The notes under the pieces were generated by a model that made no database searches, was not told where the DNA came from, and was given only the letters and a program-made list of their open reading frames with translations. From contig JBDTWB010000001.1 in assembly GCA_040006895.1 (NCBI GenBank), positions 1,802 to 65,801 of the forward strand: 64,000 nucleotides of DNA. The letters run 5' to 3'. Source of the DNA: Casimicrobiaceae bacterium. GTDB taxonomy: Bacteria > Pseudomonadota > Gammaproteobacteria > Burkholderiales > Casimicrobiaceae. Positions 44,793-54,701 of this stretch are shown here, in pieces. A program made the translations under genes and the position numbers. Every line of letters starts with the position of its first letter. Within the stretch, counting starts at the first letter, position 1.

Positions 44793-46142
44793 TTACAGCT
44801 TCTTGCGATAGACCTGCGACTTGCGCTGATAGTTGTACAGCGCCTGCTTCTCCTTGGGCAGGTCGGCGATGGTGGCGTTGCGGTAGCCGCGCTCCAGGAA
44901 CCATTGCGAAGTACGGGTGGTGAGCACGAAGAGCAGCTGGAGCTTGAGCTTGCGGGCGCGGGCCTCGATCTCCTGCATCAGCGCCTCGCCGTAGCCCTCG
45001 CGACGAAAGTCCGGGTGCACCGCGAGGGCCGCGAGCTCGCCGACCTTTTCCTCGAGGAAGGCATAGAGCGCGGCACAGCCGATGATCACCCCGTCGTGCT
45101 CGGCGACGACGAACCGCTCGATCTCCACCTCCAGGCGCTCGCGGGAGCGCCGCACCAGCACACCCTCTTCCTCGAGCGGCTCGATGATCGCCAGAATACC
45201 GCCGACGTCGTCGATGGTCGCATTGCGCATGTGCGCGAGCGGCGCAGCGGCGATCATGGTGCCCACGCCGTCGCGGGTGAACATCTCCAGCAGCAGCGCC
45301 CCGTCGAGGTGGCGGCTGATGAGGTGGGTGCGCTTCACGCCATGATCGCAGGCCCGTACCGCGCACGGGAGGTAATGCTGCACATCGGGGGGCAACCGGT
45401 CGCGGTTCTGGAGGAGGGTCTCGGCGTCACGGGTGGAGAGCTCGGTCAGGAGCCGCCGGCGGCCGTTCTTCACGCCTTCGGTTTCCATCAGGAACACGAG
45501 CTTGTCGGCACTCACCCGCACCGCGACCTGGGTGGCGACCTCCTCGAGCGACAGGTTGAAGATCTCGCCGGTCGGGGAGTAGCCGAGCGGCGAGATGATG
45601 ACGATGTCGCCGTCGTCGAGGCGCTGGCGGATGGCGTCGATATCGACGCGCCGCACCTCGCCGGTGAGTTGCATGTCGATGCCGTCGAGCACGCCGATCG
45701 GCTTGGCGGTGATGAAATTGCCGCTCGAAACCCGGATCCTGGCCCCGGCCATGGGGGAATTGGCGATGCCGAGGGAGAGCATCGCCTCGATCCGGCTGCG
45801 CACCTGCCCCGAGGCTTCGAGCACGCAATCCATCGTCTCGGCGTCGGTCACCCGCAGTCCGAAGGCATAGCGGTTCTCGATGTCTTGCTGGGCGAGGATC
45901 GCCTCGATCTGGGGCCGTGAGCCATGCACCACGATCAGGCGGATGCCGAGGCTGTGCAGCAGGTTCAGGTCGTGGACGATGCCGAGGAAGGTGTCATCGG
46001 CCACGACCTCGCCGCCGAAGGCGATCACGAAGGTCTTGCCGCGAAACGCGTGGATGTAGGGCGCGGCGAGCCGGATCCACTGCACGAACGCGCGGGTGGT
46101 CGCCGAATGCGCCGTGGGCGCTGCATTGGGATTCGATGGCAT
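44793..46142 (-). CDS. argA: amino-acid N-acetyltransferase (N-acetylglutamate synthase)
   Basis: FVQWIRLAAPYIHAFRGKTFVIAFGGE (AAK domain) plus a C-terminal GNAT domain (ELAALAVHPDFRREGYGEALM). ATG at 46142 chosen; the listed ORF extends to a GTG at 46169. Confidence 0.88.
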   Translation of the reverse strand: MPSNPNAAPTAHSATTRAFVQWIRLAAPYIHAFRGKTFVIAFGGEVVADDTFLGIVHDLNLLHSLGIRLIVVHGSRPQIEAILAQQDIENRYAFGLRVTDAETMDCVLEASGQVRSRIEAMLSLGIANSPMAGARIRVSSGNFITAKPIGVLDGIDMQLTGEVRRVDIDAIRQRLDDGDIVIISPLGYSPTGEIFNLSLEEVATQVAVRVSADKLVFLMETEGVKNGRRRLLTELSTRDAETLLQNRDRLPPDVQHYLPCAVRACDHGVKRTHLISRHLDGALLLEMFTRDGVGTMIAAAPLAHMRNATIDDVGGILAIIEPLEEEGVLVRRSRERLEVEIERFVVAEHDGVIIGCAALYAFLEEKVGELAALAVHPDFRREGYGEALMQEIEARARKLKLQLLFVLTTRTSQWFLERGYRNATIADLPKEKQALYNYQRKSQVYRKKL

Positions 46143-46341
46143 CGTGACGAGGCGGACGAGGCCCGCCACGGGCGCTCGGGCGCGGCGGAATTATACCGCC
46201 CGGTCCCCGTCGCGGCGCCGGCCTCTATAATGATCGGTCGCCCGGCGCGTGCGGGATGCGATGCAGTCACAGCGCTGGCGTGGCCACCGCCGTTGGCTCG
46301 CGCCCTCGCCCGACCCAGCGCCCGTTCTCGCGCCTGACCTC

Positions 46342-48618
46342 ATGTCCTCGCTGCTAGCCAATCTCAATCCCGAGCAACTCGCGGCGGTTACGCTGCCGCA
46401 CGAGTCGGCGCTCATCCTCGCCGGTGCCGGCAGCGGCAAGACGCGCGTCCTGACCACCCGCATGGCCTGGTTGATGGCGACGGGGCAGGCATCGCCGCTG
46501 TCGGTGCTGGCCGTGACCTTCACCAACAAGGCCGCGAAGGAAATGCTGACGCGGCTCTCGGCCATGACCCCGGTGCACACCCGCGGGATGTGGATCGGCA
46601 CCTTCCACGGCCTGTGCAACCGGCTGCTCCGCACGCATTACCGCGAGGCCAAGCTGCCGCAGCTTTTCCAGATTCTGGACACGCAGGACCAACTCGGCGT
46701 CATCAAGCGGCTCTACAAGGCGCATTCGATCGACGAAGAGCGCTTTCCGCCCCGGCAACTCCAGTACTTCATCTCCGCAGCGAAGGAGGAGGGGCTGCGT
46801 CCCAATGCGGTCGAGGCGCACGATCCGTTCACCCGGCGCCAGGTCGAGCACTTCGCGCTCTACGAGGCGCTCTGCCAGCGCGAAGGCGTGGTCGACTTTG
46901 CCGAGCTGATGCTGCGCAGCTACGAAATGTTGCAGGGCCACGACGGCTTGCGCGCGCACTACCAGAACCGGTTCTCGCACATCCTGGTCGACGAGTTCCA
47001 GGATACCAACCTGCTGCAGTACCGCTGGCTGAAGCTCCTCACGGGCACGCACACCGCCGTCTTCGCCGTCGGTGACGACGACCAGTCGATCTATGCGTTT
47101 CGTGGCGCCAACGTCGCCAACATGCAGAACTTCGAGCGTGACTTCGGCGCCGCGGACATACCCGTGCGGCTCATCAAGCTCGAGCAGAACTACCGGTCGC
47201 ACGCCCACATCCTGGATGCGGCCAACGCTCTCATCAAGCACAACGAGGGCCGGCTCGGCAAGAACCTGTGGACCGACGCCGGCACCGGGGAGCCGGTGCG
47301 CGCGTTTGCCGCTCCCTCCGACTTCGACGAGGCGGCCTTCGTGGTCGACGTGGTGAAAGGACTCGCCGGCGATGGCGTCGTGTTGAGCGAGGTGGCCGTG
47401 CTGTACCGTTCGAACGCCCAGTCGCGGGTGCTCGAGCACGCGCTCTTCAATGCCGCCGTGCCGTATCGCGTCTATGGCGGCATGCGCTTCTTCGAACGCG
47501 CCGAGATCAAGCATGCGCTTGCCTACCTGCGGCTCGTCGCTTCGCCCGTCGATGACGGTGCATTCCTTCGGGTCGTGAACTTTCCGCCGCGCGGCATCGG
47601 CGCCAGGACCCTCGAGACTCTGCAGGACACGGCGCGAGCGCAGGGCGCAAGCCTTTGGCAGGCGGCATGCTCGGGCGCGGTCGGTGGCAAATCCGGAACC
47701 GCGCTCGCCGGGTTCGTGAAGCTGGTCGAGAGCATTCGCGCGGCGACCGACGGCCTGCCGCTCGCCGATGTCGTCGCGCACGTCGTTTCGGCAGCGGGCC
47801 TGGCGACGCACTACCGAGCGGAAAAGGACGGGCAGGATCGCGTCGACAACCTCGACGAACTCGTCAACGCGGCCGAGAGCTTTGTGCGGGAGACTGACTT
47901 CACCCCCGATGCGCCGGCGCTGGACGCGGTGGCGGATGCGATCGCCGGTGCCGGCCCGGGCGCGGTGCCCGGCGCCGCGCCGCGTCACGACGAATCGGTG
48001 CTGGCGGCGTTCCTGTCGCACGCGGCCCTCGAAGCCGGGGAGACGCAAGCCGCGGAAGGCCGTGCCGCGTTGCAGCTCATGACCGTGCACGCCGCCAAGG
48101 GACTGGAATTCCACAGCGTGTTCGTCACCGGCCTGGAGGAGGGCTTGTTCCCGCACGAGAACAGTCTTTCCGAAGCAGCAGGGGTCGAGGAGGAGCGACG
48201 GCTGATGTACGTCGCGATCACCCGCGCGCGGCGCCGCCTGTACCTCACCAACGCCCAGAGCCGCATGCTCCACGGCCAGGTGCGCTACCACATCCCGTCG
48301 CGCTTCATGAACGAGATCCCCGGCGAGCTCGTGCAGTGGCTGTCCCCCCAGCGTCCCCGCCTGTCGGCCATGGACGTCGACACGGCGGAATGGGGTCACC
48401 GCGTCGCGATGAGCCCTCGCGCGGGCCAGGTGCCGGCCTCGCGTGCCAGCGACGCCGGCGGCTGGCGTATCGGCCAGAACGTGCGCCACGCCAAGTTCGG
48501 TGCGGGCGTCATCACCGATGCGGAGGGTCGCGGAGCGGATGCCCGCGTGCAGGTGAATTTCAGGGAAGCCGGGGTGAAATGGCTGGCCCTGGAGTACGCC
48601 AAGCTCGAGGCAGCGTAG
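46342..48618 (+). CDS. uvrD: DNA helicase II (UvrD/Rep family)
   Basis: LNPEQLAAVT...ILAGAGSGKTRVLT, ILVDEFQDTN, NYRS, and ITRARRRL motifs. Start trimmed from 46249 to the ATG at 46342. Confidence 0.93.
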   Translation: MSSLLANLNPEQLAAVTLPHESALILAGAGSGKTRVLTTRMAWLMATGQASPLSVLAVTFTNKAAKEMLTRLSAMTPVHTRGMWIGTFHGLCNRLLRTHYREAKLPQLFQILDTQDQLGVIKRLYKAHSIDEERFPPRQLQYFISAAKEEGLRPNAVEAHDPFTRRQVEHFALYEALCQREGVVDFAELMLRSYEMLQGHDGLRAHYQNRFSHILVDEFQDTNLLQYRWLKLLTGTHTAVFAVGDDDQSIYAFRGANVANMQNFERDFGAADIPVRLIKLEQNYRSHAHILDAANALIKHNEGRLGKNLWTDAGTGEPVRAFAAPSDFDEAAFVVDVVKGLAGDGVVLSEVAVLYRSNAQSRVLEHALFNAAVPYRVYGGMRFFERAEIKHALAYLRLVASPVDDGAFLRVVNFPPRGIGARTLETLQDTARAQGASLWQAACSGAVGGKSGTALAGFVKLVESIRAATDGLPLADVVAHVVSAAGLATHYRAEKDGQDRVDNLDELVNAAESFVRETDFTPDAPALDAVADAIAGAGPGAVPGAAPRHDESVLAAFLSHAALEAGETQAAEGRAALQLMTVHAAKGLEFHSVFVTGLEEGLFPHENSLSEAAGVEEERRLMYVAITRARRRLYLTNAQSRMLHGQVRYHIPSRFMNEIPGELVQWLSPQRPRLSAMDVDTAEWGHRVAMSPRAGQVPASRASDAGGWRIGQNVRHAKFGAGVITDAEGRGADARVQVNFREAGVKWLALEYAKLEAA

Positions 48619-48651
48619 ATCGCCGAGGTCGCGCGCGGCCCCGCGCCGTTC

Positions 48652-49455
48652 TCAGGACGTCGCAGGCGGCGTCTCGTCAGCGTGAAAGATATCGCGATAG
48701 CTCACGTAGTCGGATACGTGCAGCGTCGCAACCAGGAAGAAGAGGTAGGGCATCATCACCATGACCGCCACGGCCAGCGCCGAAGAAGGCGGAACGACCA
48801 AAGCGACGATCGCGGCCACGAAGCCCGGAATGACAACGCCGTAGAAGGCCACCAGCAGGCCGTACACGGCGAGCGGGCGCCAGTTGGCGAGGGTCGCCTG
48901 CAAGCTCAAGGCAATGGCCCGCCCGGCGCTGCAATCGTGAAATACCACCAGCGCGGGAGCGTACCAGAGGGCGAGCAGCACCGGCAGTGCACAGGCAGCC
49001 CCGAAGAGCATCGCCGCTTGCATGCTGCCCGCGGCGGCTCCCTCGTCGAGGGCGCCCTTGCCGGAGAGCACGTCGAGCAGTGCGCCACCATCCACGAGCG
49101 CGGTCGCGAGGACCGAAAGCGTCACGCCGACCAGCAGCACCACCCCGAGCGTCAGCAGCGCGAACAGGTTCGCCCGGAAGCCCTGGAAGAGCTGCTTCAG
49201 CTGCGGCCGGTTGCCGCGCTCCTGGCTCCACGCGGCGGCAAGGAACCCCACCGCGAACACCGGCTTCAGGACCGGCACGGCCAGCTGTCCGATCACGGGA
49301 ATGACGTCGACCAGCGCCATCACGGCGTAGTACAGGAGCAGCAACAGCAGCCAGGGCACGCGCGCCCGCGAGAACATCGCAAACGCTTCCTTCAGCCAAA
49401 GCGCCCCGCGCACGGCCGGGTAGCGCGTGATCGCAACGGCTTGCTCAGCGGCCAT
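48652..49455 (-). CDS. multi-pass inner-membrane protein of unknown function (resembles the BPSS1780-type family, from memory)
   Basis: Six or so hydrophobic segments. N-terminal ...RGALWLKEAFAMFSRARVPWLLLLLLYYAVMALV. Its start overlaps the thrB 3' end by 11 nt. Confidence 0.68.
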   Translation of the reverse strand: MAAEQAVAITRYPAVRGALWLKEAFAMFSRARVPWLLLLLLYYAVMALVDVIPVIGQLAVPVLKPVFAVGFLAAAWSQERGNRPQLKQLFQGFRANLFALLTLGVVLLVGVTLSVLATALVDGGALLDVLSGKGALDEGAAAGSMQAAMLFGAACALPVLLALWYAPALVVFHDCSAGRAIALSLQATLANWRPLAVYGLLVAFYGVVIPGFVAAIVALVVPPSSALAVAVMVMMPYLFFLVATLHVSDYVSYRDIFHADETPPATS

Positions 49456-50437
49456 GCGGCGTCTTGCCGGTCGCCGCGTCGCGCGCCGGAAGCGGGGCGG
49501 GATCGGCCACGCGATGACGCAGGATGCGCTCGAACTTCATGGGGTCATGCGCGTGCGTGAGCTCGCCGGCACGTGGCAGGAAGAGATCGTACAGCCGCGA
49601 CAGCCAGAAGCGCAGGGCGGCGGCCCGTAGCAGCGTGGGCCACTGGCGATGCTCCTCCAGGTTCAGCGGCCGCTCGCCTTCGTATCCGTCGACGAGTGCC
49701 TGCATCAATTCCGGCACCAGCGCCCCCTCGGCGGTACCGTCGCGCTGCACGCACCAGTCGTTGACGGCTATCGCCAGGTCGTAGGCGAAATAGTCGGTCG
49801 CCGCAAAGCCGAAATCGATGATTCCCGAAACGCGATCGACATCGACGAAGAGCACGTTGTCGCAGAACAGGTCACCGTGGATCGCGCCCTTGGGCAGGTC
49901 CTCGCGGGTGTAGCCGGTCAGAAACTTGAGCTCGCCCGCGAGCAGGTCGTTCTGCCCTGGATCCAGGAACGGCCGCACGGCGCGCGCCGCCTGGCGCCAC
50001 CAGGCAGGCCCTCGGCGGTTGGTGAGACGGGCCCGATAGCCGTTCGAGGCGAGATGGAGTCGGGCCAATGCGGCGCCGACTGCGGTGCAATGGCGCGCCT
50101 GCGGCGCGAGCACGGGTTCGCCGTCGACGCGCGCCACCAGTCCCGCCGGCTTGCCGTTCAGGATGCTGAACAGCGCGCCGGTGCGATCCGCGAGTGGCGC
50201 GGGCACCTCGACCCCGGCGCGGGCAAGATGCGCCATGAAATTGAGGTAGAACGGCAATTCTTCCGGCGGCAACCGCTCGTAGAGGGTCAGCACGAACCGA
50301 CCGCGGACCGTGGTCAAGAAGTAGTTCGTGTTCTCGATGCCGGCCGCAATCGGGGCGAACTTGGCGACGTCGCCGATGCCGTAGCGGGTGAGCCACGCCT
50401 CGAGTTCGGGCTGGGTGACGGAGGTGTAGACGGACAT
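49445..50437 (-). CDS. thrB: homoserine kinase, ThrB type II (APH/choline-kinase fold, Pseudomonas type)
   Basis: MSVYTSVTQPELEAWLTRYGIG...GIENTNYFL...IHGDLFCDNVLF. Start trimmed from 50458. Confidence 0.9.
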   Translation of the reverse strand: MSVYTSVTQPELEAWLTRYGIGDVAKFAPIAAGIENTNYFLTTVRGRFVLTLYERLPPEELPFYLNFMAHLARAGVEVPAPLADRTGALFSILNGKPAGLVARVDGEPVLAPQARHCTAVGAALARLHLASNGYRARLTNRRGPAWWRQAARAVRPFLDPGQNDLLAGELKFLTGYTREDLPKGAIHGDLFCDNVLFVDVDRVSGIIDFGFAATDYFAYDLAIAVNDWCVQRDGTAEGALVPELMQALVDGYEGERPLNLEEHRQWPTLLRAAALRFWLSRLYDLFLPRAGELTHAHDPMKFERILRHRVADPAPLPARDAATGKTPHGR

Positions 50438-50488
50438 CGCGACAGGAACCCGCGGCACTCGGCCGCGCGGCGGCTTACGAAGCGGACC

Positions 50489-50935
50489 CTAGAACGTGAA
50501 CAGGACCCACAACGGCACCTTGAGTCCGGTGTCGTTGCTGTCACGTCGGATGAATGTATGGCCGGTTGGATCCGGAATGAGGTAGTAGGCGCGGCCGTGG
50601 GCGGGCGTGACGCGCACCCATTTCAGCACGCCATTGACGCGTGCCTCCTCCACCGTCTCGCCTTGACGCCGCGTGATCGTGACCTGCGGCTCGAGCTCGG
50701 GATTGACGTTCACTCCGGGTGGCGGCGGAACTTCGGGCAGGGGCTCCAGCCCGGGGGGCGGTGGCGCTTGCTGGGCGAGCACAAAGGGCGCAGGCAGGCC
50801 CGCACCCAGCGCGGCAGTCAGCAGCATCGCGGCGAGCAACGCTGCACGCGTACCCCGGTGCGCGCCCGAACGATCGACCTTGCCTGCGCGGGCAATGCGG
50901 TTGAGCTGCGGAGCGGCTGGGGAAAGCATGCACAT
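50489..50935 (-). CDS. DUF2782-like secreted protein
   Basis: Pro-rich linker, then VTITRRQGETVEEARVNGVLKWVRVTPAHGRAYYLIPD...PLWVLFTF. It sits between thrB and polA as in pseudomonads. The N-terminal start is uncertain. Confidence 0.72.
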   Translation of the reverse strand: MCMLSPAAPQLNRIARAGKVDRSGAHRGTRAALLAAMLLTAALGAGLPAPFVLAQQAPPPPGLEPLPEVPPPPGVNVNPELEPQVTITRRQGETVEEARVNGVLKWVRVTPAHGRAYYLIPDPTGHTFIRRDSNDTGLKVPLWVLFTF

Positions 50936-51093
50936 ATCTTACCAGCGCGGCGGCCTTGCGCTGCAGGAAAAGCGGGTCCGACCGGGTGCGACAGCAGAGC
51001 CGCGTTGCGTGGGCGGTACCGGGGCGGCGACGGGGTCCGGGCATGCCCGGGGTGGCGCATCGCCCGCGCCGGTGCGGGCCACGCGAGAGCGCG

Positions 51094-51819
51094 TCAGAGA
51101 TTGAGCATCTTCTCGCGGTCGGCACGCGACGGATCGAACCCGCGATTCTCGTAGAACGTGAAGATTGCCTCGACGATCTCCTCCGGCTCCTCGAGGATCT
51201 GCATCAGTCCGAGGTCCTGCTGGCCGATCATCCCCTCGGGAACGAGGGTGGACGCGAGCCAGTCGAGGAAACCGCGCCAGAACGTGCCGCCCACCAGGAT
51301 GATCGGGATCCGCCGGCTCTTGCCGGTTTGCACGAGCGTCAGGCATTCGGACAACTCGTCCAGCGTTCCGAAGCCGCCGGGCATCACCACGTAGGCCGAG
51401 GCGAAGCGCACGAACATCATCTTGCGCGCAAAAAAGTAGCGGAAGTCGAAGCTCACGTCCTGAAAGGTATTGCCGCCCTGCTCGTGCGGCAGGAGGATGT
51501 TGAGCCCGACCGCAGGGGATCGACCCGCGAACGCGCCGCGGTTGGCTGCTTCCATGAGCCCGGGTCCACCGCCCGAAATCACGCCGAACCCGGCATCGGA
51601 AAGCAGACGCGCGATGCGCTCGGCCTTCTCGAAGTAGGGATGATCGGCCTTGATGCGCGCGCTGCCGAACATCGACACCGCGGGACGGATGCCGCGCAGG
51701 CGCTCAGTCGCCGCCGCGAACTCTGCCATAATCCCCAGCACACGCCAGGCTTCCTGCCCGTTGGTCGTGTACATCGCCTGCGGATCGATCAGCTCCGGAA
51801 TCTTGGTGTTCTGAAACAT
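51094..51819 (-). CDS. LOG-family protein (TIGR00730-type nucleotide phosphoribohydrolase)
   Basis: VSMFGSARI, ISGGGPGLMEAANRGA, and VVMPGGFGTLDEL. An alternative start is M16 at 51774. Confidence 0.85.
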   Translation of the reverse strand: MFQNTKIPELIDPQAMYTTNGQEAWRVLGIMAEFAAATERLRGIRPAVSMFGSARIKADHPYFEKAERIARLLSDAGFGVISGGGPGLMEAANRGAFAGRSPAVGLNILLPHEQGGNTFQDVSFDFRYFFARKMMFVRFASAYVVMPGGFGTLDELSECLTLVQTGKSRRIPIILVGGTFWRGFLDWLASTLVPEGMIGQQDLGLMQILEEPEEIVEAIFTFYENRGFDPSRADREKMLNL

Positions 51820-54547
51820 GCCTACGCTCGTCCTGGTAGATGGATCGTCGTACCTCTATCGCGCCTTCCACGCCCTGCCGGACCTGCGTACGTCACAGGG
51901 CGAGCCGACCGGTGCGCTGCGCGGCGTGCTGGCAATGCTCCGGCGTATGGTACAGGACGAGAAGCCCGACTTTTTCGCCGTGGTCTTCGACGCGCCGGGC
52001 AAGACGTTTCGCGACGCGTGGTACGCCGATTACAAGGCCAATCGAGCGGCGATGCCCGACGACTTGTCGGCACAGATCCAGCCTCTGCACCGCTGCATCC
52101 GCGCCGAAGGCTGGCCCTTGCTCATGGTCGAGGGGGTCGAAGCCGATGATGTGATCGGCACCCTCACGTGTGTCGCGCGCGAGCGCGACATCGACGTGAC
52201 CGTGTCGACGTCGGACAAGGATCTCGCCCAGCTGGTGGGCCCGCGCGTCAAGCTCGTCAACACCATGAGCAACGAGACACTCGACGAGGCGGGGGTGCTC
52301 GCCAAGTTCGGAGTTCGCGCCGACCAGCTGCTCGACCTGCTCACCCTCACCGGGGACGCCATCGACAACGTGCCAGGCGTCGCCAAGGTCGGGCCGAAGA
52401 CCGCCGCGAAGTGGCTCAACCAGTATGGCTCGCTCGATGGCGTCATGGCTCGCGCTGCCGAGATCGGTGGCGTGGTCGGCGACAACCTGCGCCAGGCGCT
52501 CGACTGGCTGCCTCAGGGCAAGCGCCTGCTGACGGTCAAGACGGACTGCGACATGCCGGTCGCAGCGCTCGACGATCTCAAGCTCGCGACGCCCGACCGC
52601 GCCGCGCTGCGCGAGCTCTACGGACGCTACGAATTCAAGACCTGGATGCGCGACATCGAGGCTGTCGCCAAGGGGGCGGATCCCGACCCCGCGTCCGATC
52701 GCGGCGCCGACGCGGCTGCAAGCCAGGCCACCGTACCGCTCGACGCGAACTGCGAGGTCGTCATCGATGCCGACGCCTTCGAGCGATGGTGCGCGGCAGT
52801 CGAGGCTGCCGGCCTCGTGGCGATGCATGTCGAGACGACGAGCCCGGAGCCGATGGAGGCGCGCATCGTGGGCATCGCCCTGGCGATCGCCCCCGACACG
52901 GCTTGCTATGTACCACTCGGTCATGGTTACGCCGGCGCGCCTGCCCAGCTTGGCGTCGAGCATGTGCTCGCCCGCCTCGGGCCATGGTTCGCCGATCAGA
53001 AGCGGCGCAAGATCGGCCACAATCTCAAGCAGGACGAGCACTCCCTTGCCAACCACGGCCTCGTCCTGGCCGGCGTCGCGCACGACACCTTGCTCGAGTC
53101 GTACGTCCTCGAGTCGCACAAGCCGCACGATCTCGACAGCCTTCTGCTGCGCCAGCTCGACGCGCGCATGGTCACGTATGCCGAGATCGCAGGCAAGGGT
53201 GCGGCGCAAATCCCGTTCGAGCAGGTGAGCATCGACCAGGCGAGCGCCTATTGCGGAACCAGCGCGGCCGTGGTCCTGCGCCTGCATGCCAAGCTCGGTC
53301 CGCGGATTGCCGCGGACGACAGGCTGAGCCGGGTCTACGGTGCGATCGAGATGCCGGTGCGCGAGATCCTGTTTCGCATGGAGCGTCATGGCGTGCTGCT
53401 CGACACGGGACTGCTCAATGCCCAGAGCCGCGAGCTCGGTGAGCGCATCCTGGCCCTAGAGGAGCAGGCGTACGCGACGGCTGGCCAGCCGTTCAATCTC
53501 GGCTCGCCCAAGCAGCTATGCACGGTGCTTTACGAGAAGATGGGGCTGCCGGTGCGCAAGAAGACGGCGACCGGTCAGCCATCGACCGACGAGGAGGTGC
53601 TGCAGGAGCTCGCGGCGGACTATCCGCTGCCCAAGCTCATCCTCGAGCATCGCGCGATGTGGAAGCTCAAGTCCACGTACACCGACAAGTTGCCGCAGCG
53701 GGTCAATCCGCGCACGGGCCGGGTCCACACGACGTTCAGCCAGGCGACCGCGGTCACTGGCCGGCTTGCGTCGCTCGAGCCCAACCTGCAGAACATTCCG
53801 ATTCGAACGGCCGAGGGCCGGCGCATCCGCGAAGCCTTCGTCGCGCCACCCGGACACGTACTGGTGTCCGCCGACTATTCGCAGATCGAGCTGCGCATCA
53901 TGGCGCACCTGTCCCAGGACCCCGCGTTGCTGCAGGCGTTTCGGGAGGGCTCGGATATCCATCGTGCCACGGCGGCCGATATTTTCGGTGTGGCGCCCGA
54001 GGCCGTGACCAGCGAGCAGCGCCGCTACATCAAGGCCGTCAATTTCGGGCTCATCTACGGCATGAGCGGCTTCGGACTCGCGATCCAGCTCGGTATCGAG
54101 CGCTCGGCGGCGCAGCAGTACATCGACAAGTACTTCGCGCGCTATCCGGGCGTGGCGGACTACATGCAGCGCACCCGCGAGCTCGCGCGTGGCCAGGGGT
54201 ACGTGGAGACGGTGTTCGGCCGGCGGCTCTGGCTGCCGGACATCAAAGCCGCAGGCGGCCCGCGCCGCGCCGGAGCCGAGCGGGCCGCCATCAATGCCCC
54301 GATGCAGGGCACGGCAGCCGATCTCGTGAAACTGGCCATGATCGCCGTCGATGGCTGGATCGCGCACCAGGGGCTCGCAACCCGGCTGGTCCTGCAGGTC
54401 CACGACGAGTTGGTCTTCGAAGTACCGGAAGCGGAGCTCGAGCAGGTGCGCCGCGAATTGCCCGCGCAGATGCAGAACGTGGCGGAGCTGTCTGTGCCTC
54501 TCGTGGCCGATGTCGGCGCGGGTCCGAACTGGGAGCGGGCGCACTGA
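51818..54547 (+). CDS. polA: DNA polymerase I
   Basis: 5'-nuclease LVLVDGSSYLYRAFHA, a 3'-5' exonuclease domain, and polymerase motifs DYSQIELRIMAH, KAVNFGLIYG and QVHDELVFE. Confidence 0.95.
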   Translation: MPTLVLVDGSSYLYRAFHALPDLRTSQGEPTGALRGVLAMLRRMVQDEKPDFFAVVFDAPGKTFRDAWYADYKANRAAMPDDLSAQIQPLHRCIRAEGWPLLMVEGVEADDVIGTLTCVARERDIDVTVSTSDKDLAQLVGPRVKLVNTMSNETLDEAGVLAKFGVRADQLLDLLTLTGDAIDNVPGVAKVGPKTAAKWLNQYGSLDGVMARAAEIGGVVGDNLRQALDWLPQGKRLLTVKTDCDMPVAALDDLKLATPDRAALRELYGRYEFKTWMRDIEAVAKGADPDPASDRGADAAASQATVPLDANCEVVIDADAFERWCAAVEAAGLVAMHVETTSPEPMEARIVGIALAIAPDTACYVPLGHGYAGAPAQLGVEHVLARLGPWFADQKRRKIGHNLKQDEHSLANHGLVLAGVAHDTLLESYVLESHKPHDLDSLLLRQLDARMVTYAEIAGKGAAQIPFEQVSIDQASAYCGTSAAVVLRLHAKLGPRIAADDRLSRVYGAIEMPVREILFRMERHGVLLDTGLLNAQSRELGERILALEEQAYATAGQPFNLGSPKQLCTVLYEKMGLPVRKKTATGQPSTDEEVLQELAADYPLPKLILEHRAMWKLKSTYTDKLPQRVNPRTGRVHTTFSQATAVTGRLASLEPNLQNIPIRTAEGRRIREAFVAPPGHVLVSADYSQIELRIMAHLSQDPALLQAFREGSDIHRATAADIFGVAPEAVTSEQRRYIKAVNFGLIYGMSGFGLAIQLGIERSAAQQYIDKYFARYPGVADYMQRTRELARGQGYVETVFGRRLWLPDIKAAGGPRRAGAERAAINAPMQGTAADLVKLAMIAVDGWIAHQGLATRLVLQVHDELVFEVPEAELEQVRRELPAQMQNVAELSVPLVADVGAGPNWERAH

Positions 54548-54701
54548 TTTAGAGCGTCGCGGTGTGTCCGAGGTGGCGAAACATCGGTGTGCGCACGCCT
54601 GGGCCGACGCGCCCGGCCTGCCGACGTTGTAGGATTGCCGGGAGAATACGCAAATGGCTGCGCTTCGACGAACCATGCTGACTTTCCACAAGGAGCTTCT
54701 C

